64,000 nt of DNA from Fistulifera solaris. Taxonomy: Eukaryota. The position numbers and the translations under genes are program-made. Numbering within the stretch: position 1 is the first letter of the stretch; every line of letters begins with the position of its first letter. The notes beneath the pieces are model-generated. The model saw only the letters and a list, made by a program, of their open reading frames with translations, was not told the DNA's origin and made no database searches. The stretch spans positions 558,001-622,000 of the forward strand of contig AP026128.1 of assembly GCA_030295235.1 (NCBI GenBank), given 5' to 3'. Shown piece after piece: positions 60,301-64,000 of the stretch.

Positions 60301-63300
60301 CAGTTTTTTTTTCCTCCGTCTACGGACGCGACTCTGACAATATATTTGTGGTGAAGACACGAGGTGGCACACATACTTCGTGGCTACCGATCAGCAGGTC
60401 ACCCCAATTCCAAAGAAGCTATACGGTTAAGGCAAGCGGAGGATTTTAACGTAGCCGTGCTTCGTCAGGCAATTCATGAGAGTCGCGCGGTCCGGGGGAG
60501 ATTTTCCGGCGGCGATTCTTTGACGAGAGTAGACATCCCGTGTGACCCAACCTGCGACCCGTCAGACTATCGGTTCTATCTCCATGTTATCAACACCGGT
60601 GGCGACAGTTATGAATTTATGAAAGATCACTTGCAAAACGCCATTCGATTTCTCGATGAAAGTTCTGATGAAGCCAGTGTTAAGCGCATTCGCCAAGATC
60701 TGGAAAAACTTCTGACCATGTTTCATGGCCTAGACCTTTCTAATAACACTACAAAGAATGACACAAAAGTTTTCAGAAAAGTTCGTGATGGCGTAAAGAA
60801 GCTTCTAAAAGCTATTGCACTTGATACGAAGCCTGTAGCAGTGAAACATTATACAAGTCGTCACCAGATCGGCTTATTGAGATCACTCGAGATGAGCTCG
60901 TTTCAATATAAGAAGCTTGCACAAGCTCGGGAAAATTACATTGAAGAAGCCCTTAAACTCAAAGAAGATCTCAGCCGCGAAAAGGGCGATGATGCCGATG
61001 AAGATGACGAGGAAGATGAAGATAATGAAGCGGCTAATGCAGAAGTACTCGAGAACGGAGATGATACGAAAAATGAAAACTCAGGAACTACCACCGAAGG
61101 TGGAAAAAGTGAAGTAAACCCGGATGAGCAGGATGTCGATAAGTCTGCTAAAGAAAAGGAGTTGATTCTTGATGAATTCTTCAAGGATATACCTGGGGCG
61201 CCAGAAGGGATTCGACGCTGTTTGGCTGTCCTCCGGACACTATCAAACACAGCTTGTGCCGAGCCCTTCCTATACCCAGTCGACCCACAAAGTAACCCCG
61301 CGTATTATGATTCGCTTGTCAGACCGATGTGTTTACGCGAAGTGGGAAGACTTCTTCGAGAAGCAACCGAAGGAATGTCGGACGCAGATGAAACTGCTAG
61401 GATCGTGGCGGAATTTGGGAGAAATATGCGTTTGATAGGTCAAAATTGCCTTTCCTATGCAAACGCTGGTCCGACTGTAATTGCTGCCGGCTCGGAACTG
61501 CTTCGCATCTTTGAGCGGCTTTTCCTCGATTGGGTTCTTTCCCCGGAACACTTATTACCTCCCTTGGACAACCTCGATGATGACAAGTGCATTGAGCCTC
61601 ATCCAACTGATTCAGAGTCAACTGTACTGTTGTGCGACGGATGCGAGGGAAAGTATAACATATCTCGTCTAGATCCTCCTCTTCGTGAAATTCCGAAAGG
61701 GGATTGGTACTGTCCAAGGTGTGTTCAGGGAAGGTGGTGGGGTTCTCTTGACCCAAGAATCGGGAAAAAGATCAAAAAAAGCTTTGATGATTTCGGGGAT
61801 TTGAATCCCATTGTTCGAGAGGGAGTCGTCGAAAGTTGTTTTCTTGCTTATGGCGACGGAATTTTATCTCCATCATTGGCGTATACAATCACATTCGAAG
61901 ATAAGAGCCATGAAGTCTGGAGTCTTTCCCAAATAGATGAGCAGCTTTCCTCGCAAGGATGCCCGGTTCCTCCCATCAAGTACTTGGCTGCAGCAGCAGA
62001 GAGTTTAGGGTATGGGTTCGGTGTTGATCACGGTGTCCGACACGATCTTGTTCCTGTTGCAGCAAATCCAAACGTTTCTGAAACAGCAGCGCAGGTTTCT
62101 CTGTCAAGCTCTGTATTCCGTGATACAATTGCTGCATCAGGTGGTCTCCTGATCGTTGATCCACGTGACATGACTGCCGCAGAATGGCTCCGTTTACTTG
62201 TCTTACTAGCCATGAAATGTGCTTCAAGTGATGTTCTTCAGGCTTTGATTGGAAAAATGGAGACCGAAGCCGCGGAAAAGATGACTCGGCCACTCGAATC
62301 AGTTCAGCAGATAACCTCTTTATCACAAATATTGCCACCGGTTAAGACCGATGAAATCACAGATATTCAGCTTGAATCTAAACCAGGTGATAATGGACAA
62401 ACGCTTCGTGCTAAGGAGACTAAAGAGGCGAAAGTTTCTCATGCTGGCTCTGTCGTTGTTGAGGCTAGTTCAGTCGAAGTTGTTGAAGAAATTGATGTTG
62501 ATACTCAAGCTGTCGCAGTTCCTTATAATACTAGTTCTGAGGCGAATTCCGGAACGGATGATCATGGCAATACAGGAGCATTCCATGATTTTGTGAATCC
62601 GCTAGAGACTGCCATTCTTGAAAAGAAAAGACGCCAGAAAATCACCGAGGACAGCTTCACCGCCTATTGCATCAAGAATCAGATCCGATCGATTGTGGCC
62701 TCATTTGAAGAGGATATGTTCTCACCCCTTGTCGACGCCGTGATGTCATCGAAGAACTCTCCGTTGAGTTTCTCTAGCCTCCGGTGCCATAGAGTTACAT
62801 GTTATTTCTGTGGGTTGACGGATGTGGCTCTAGGAGCACCACTGGTGCGTGTCCCCTCAGATAGTGAGTGGGATCAACTCATACCACACTGTGCCAGGTC
62901 CCGACAGACTCACCTGGTAGCCGAGATACCAGTGCAAGAGAGAGCTAGCACTACGAAGTTGCTATCTGTTAAGGTTACAATGGGCGACGAGCTATTTTCT
63001 ATTCCATTTTCTTCGTCTAGCGACGAGAGCTTTCCAGACAGCGGCATGATAGAGTTCTTGCCGAGATCACCATCAGGATTCCAGGATGAGCTTCGATTTC
63101 GGACTGACACGGGACTTCCATTCGTCACCGGTTGTTTGTCTGCTCACGAATGCTGTGCAGTTGCTGCCCACAATGCCCGAAAAGAGAAAATGGTACAATC
63201 ATACAAAGAGAGGGAAGCCGATTGGGTTGAAAAGAAATTTGGTATGGAATGCGGCAGGACGCTTGAAATCGGTCGAGATTGTGCAGGGAGATCATACTGG

Positions 63301-64000
63301 AAATTCTTTTCTGACCCAAGTGCTCTTTTGTTTCCGGAGTAACGGATATCGACACTCAAGAAGGCTCATGGCAAAGGTACAACGATAACGCCACGATAGC
63401 AAGTGTCATTGTCAGCTTGGGAAAACAAAATATTGTCAAAGACTTGAAGCGCTCGTATCCGGGTGCTAACGAATTAATCGTCAGTGGCCTCTGGTCAGAC
63501 CTGCTCTTAAAGCGTGCTTTCCCGGGAGTCGCTAAATACTTAGCTGGACGGGCTGGTCCGGATTCAAATGCTGATGTTGAAAGCGAGGGCGTAATAGAAG
63601 TTGAAGGAGGTTTTGAGGTAAGATTGTATGCGGTTATCATGGGCACCTTACTGTTAAGACTAACAAATAATGACAACCAGCCCTACAATATTGGGGAAAA
63701 GGTTTTGGTGGAAGCTCGCTCAGGAAATTTGCTTTGGGATGCGACCATTCTTGGGCAGTCATCGCGGAAGAAGGATGGCGGCGAGGCACTAATCATTGAT
63801 GCCTATCAGGTCAGCTATTCGGATTGGAGCTCTCGCTATATAGAATGGGTGGCGCCGAACAGAGTTGTCGAACCAAATGAAAACAATCGACTTTTGCAGG
63901 TAGGTACTCAATTTTCCGTTTAAAAAAGCTAATTTCTTCTTAACACAAATCGGCTGCAATACAGGATGAACTTGAGGCGGAGAATGCATTCTCTCGTTAT
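57397..64000 (+). CDS. large chromatin reader (acidic N-terminus, FYR-like, Tudor-like, DDT-like, bromodomain, PHD finger, WHIM-like, chromo/Tudor-knot); runs off the window
   Basis: IYPVGF (FYRN-like); EPFLYPVDP..PAYYD..RPM.L..NCLSY.N (bromo); LLCDGC..L.PPL.EIPKGDWYCPRC (PHD); IGRD..GR.YW.F (WHIM3-like); Y.V.Y.DW..RY.EWV; introns 58594-58652, 60289-60356, about 63617-63680, about 63900-63965. Confidence 0.85.

Noticed and set aside
1..64000. tRNA, rRNA or snRNA genes
   Set aside because: None recognised by eye; tRNAscan-SE and Infernal/Rfam would be needed to exclude them.

Overview
Gene-dense eukaryotic nuclear DNA, most likely a diatom or related stramenopile. This is inferred from short GT-AG introns (about 59-104 bp), about one gene per 2 kb, and several proteins with signal peptide + 'A-F/W/L' bipartite plastid presequences. 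About 30 genes: six paralogous multi-pass membrane genes (1.8-13.9 kb), UPF3-like, TLC-domain, RBR E3 ligase, ADA2, AKR7-like, PPIL2, HAD phosphatase, LSM14, an Fpg/Nei-UNG fusion glycosylase, carotenoid oxygenase, RPL23A, UDP-sugar pyrophosphorylase, class-3 lipase, VPS33, EXS protein, PRP6 and a large bromo/PHD chromatin protein. Many conserved genes carry single-base frameshifts, mostly at homopolymers, probably assembly errors. The intergenic DNA is the most unusual part. (i) A precisely delimitable 1845-bp internally deleted Helitron sits in a 221-bp tandem array. (ii) 'Family A' is a palindromic core (TCATGACTG-AAATG-CAGTCGTG plus a second box) found about 17 times, as solos, pairs and core-spacer-core arrays whose ends share features. 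(iii) 'Family B' is a ~78-bp conserved core recurring at a 213-214 bp period with highly diverged spacers at two loci 33 kb apart. All alignments were made by eye and no database searches were run.
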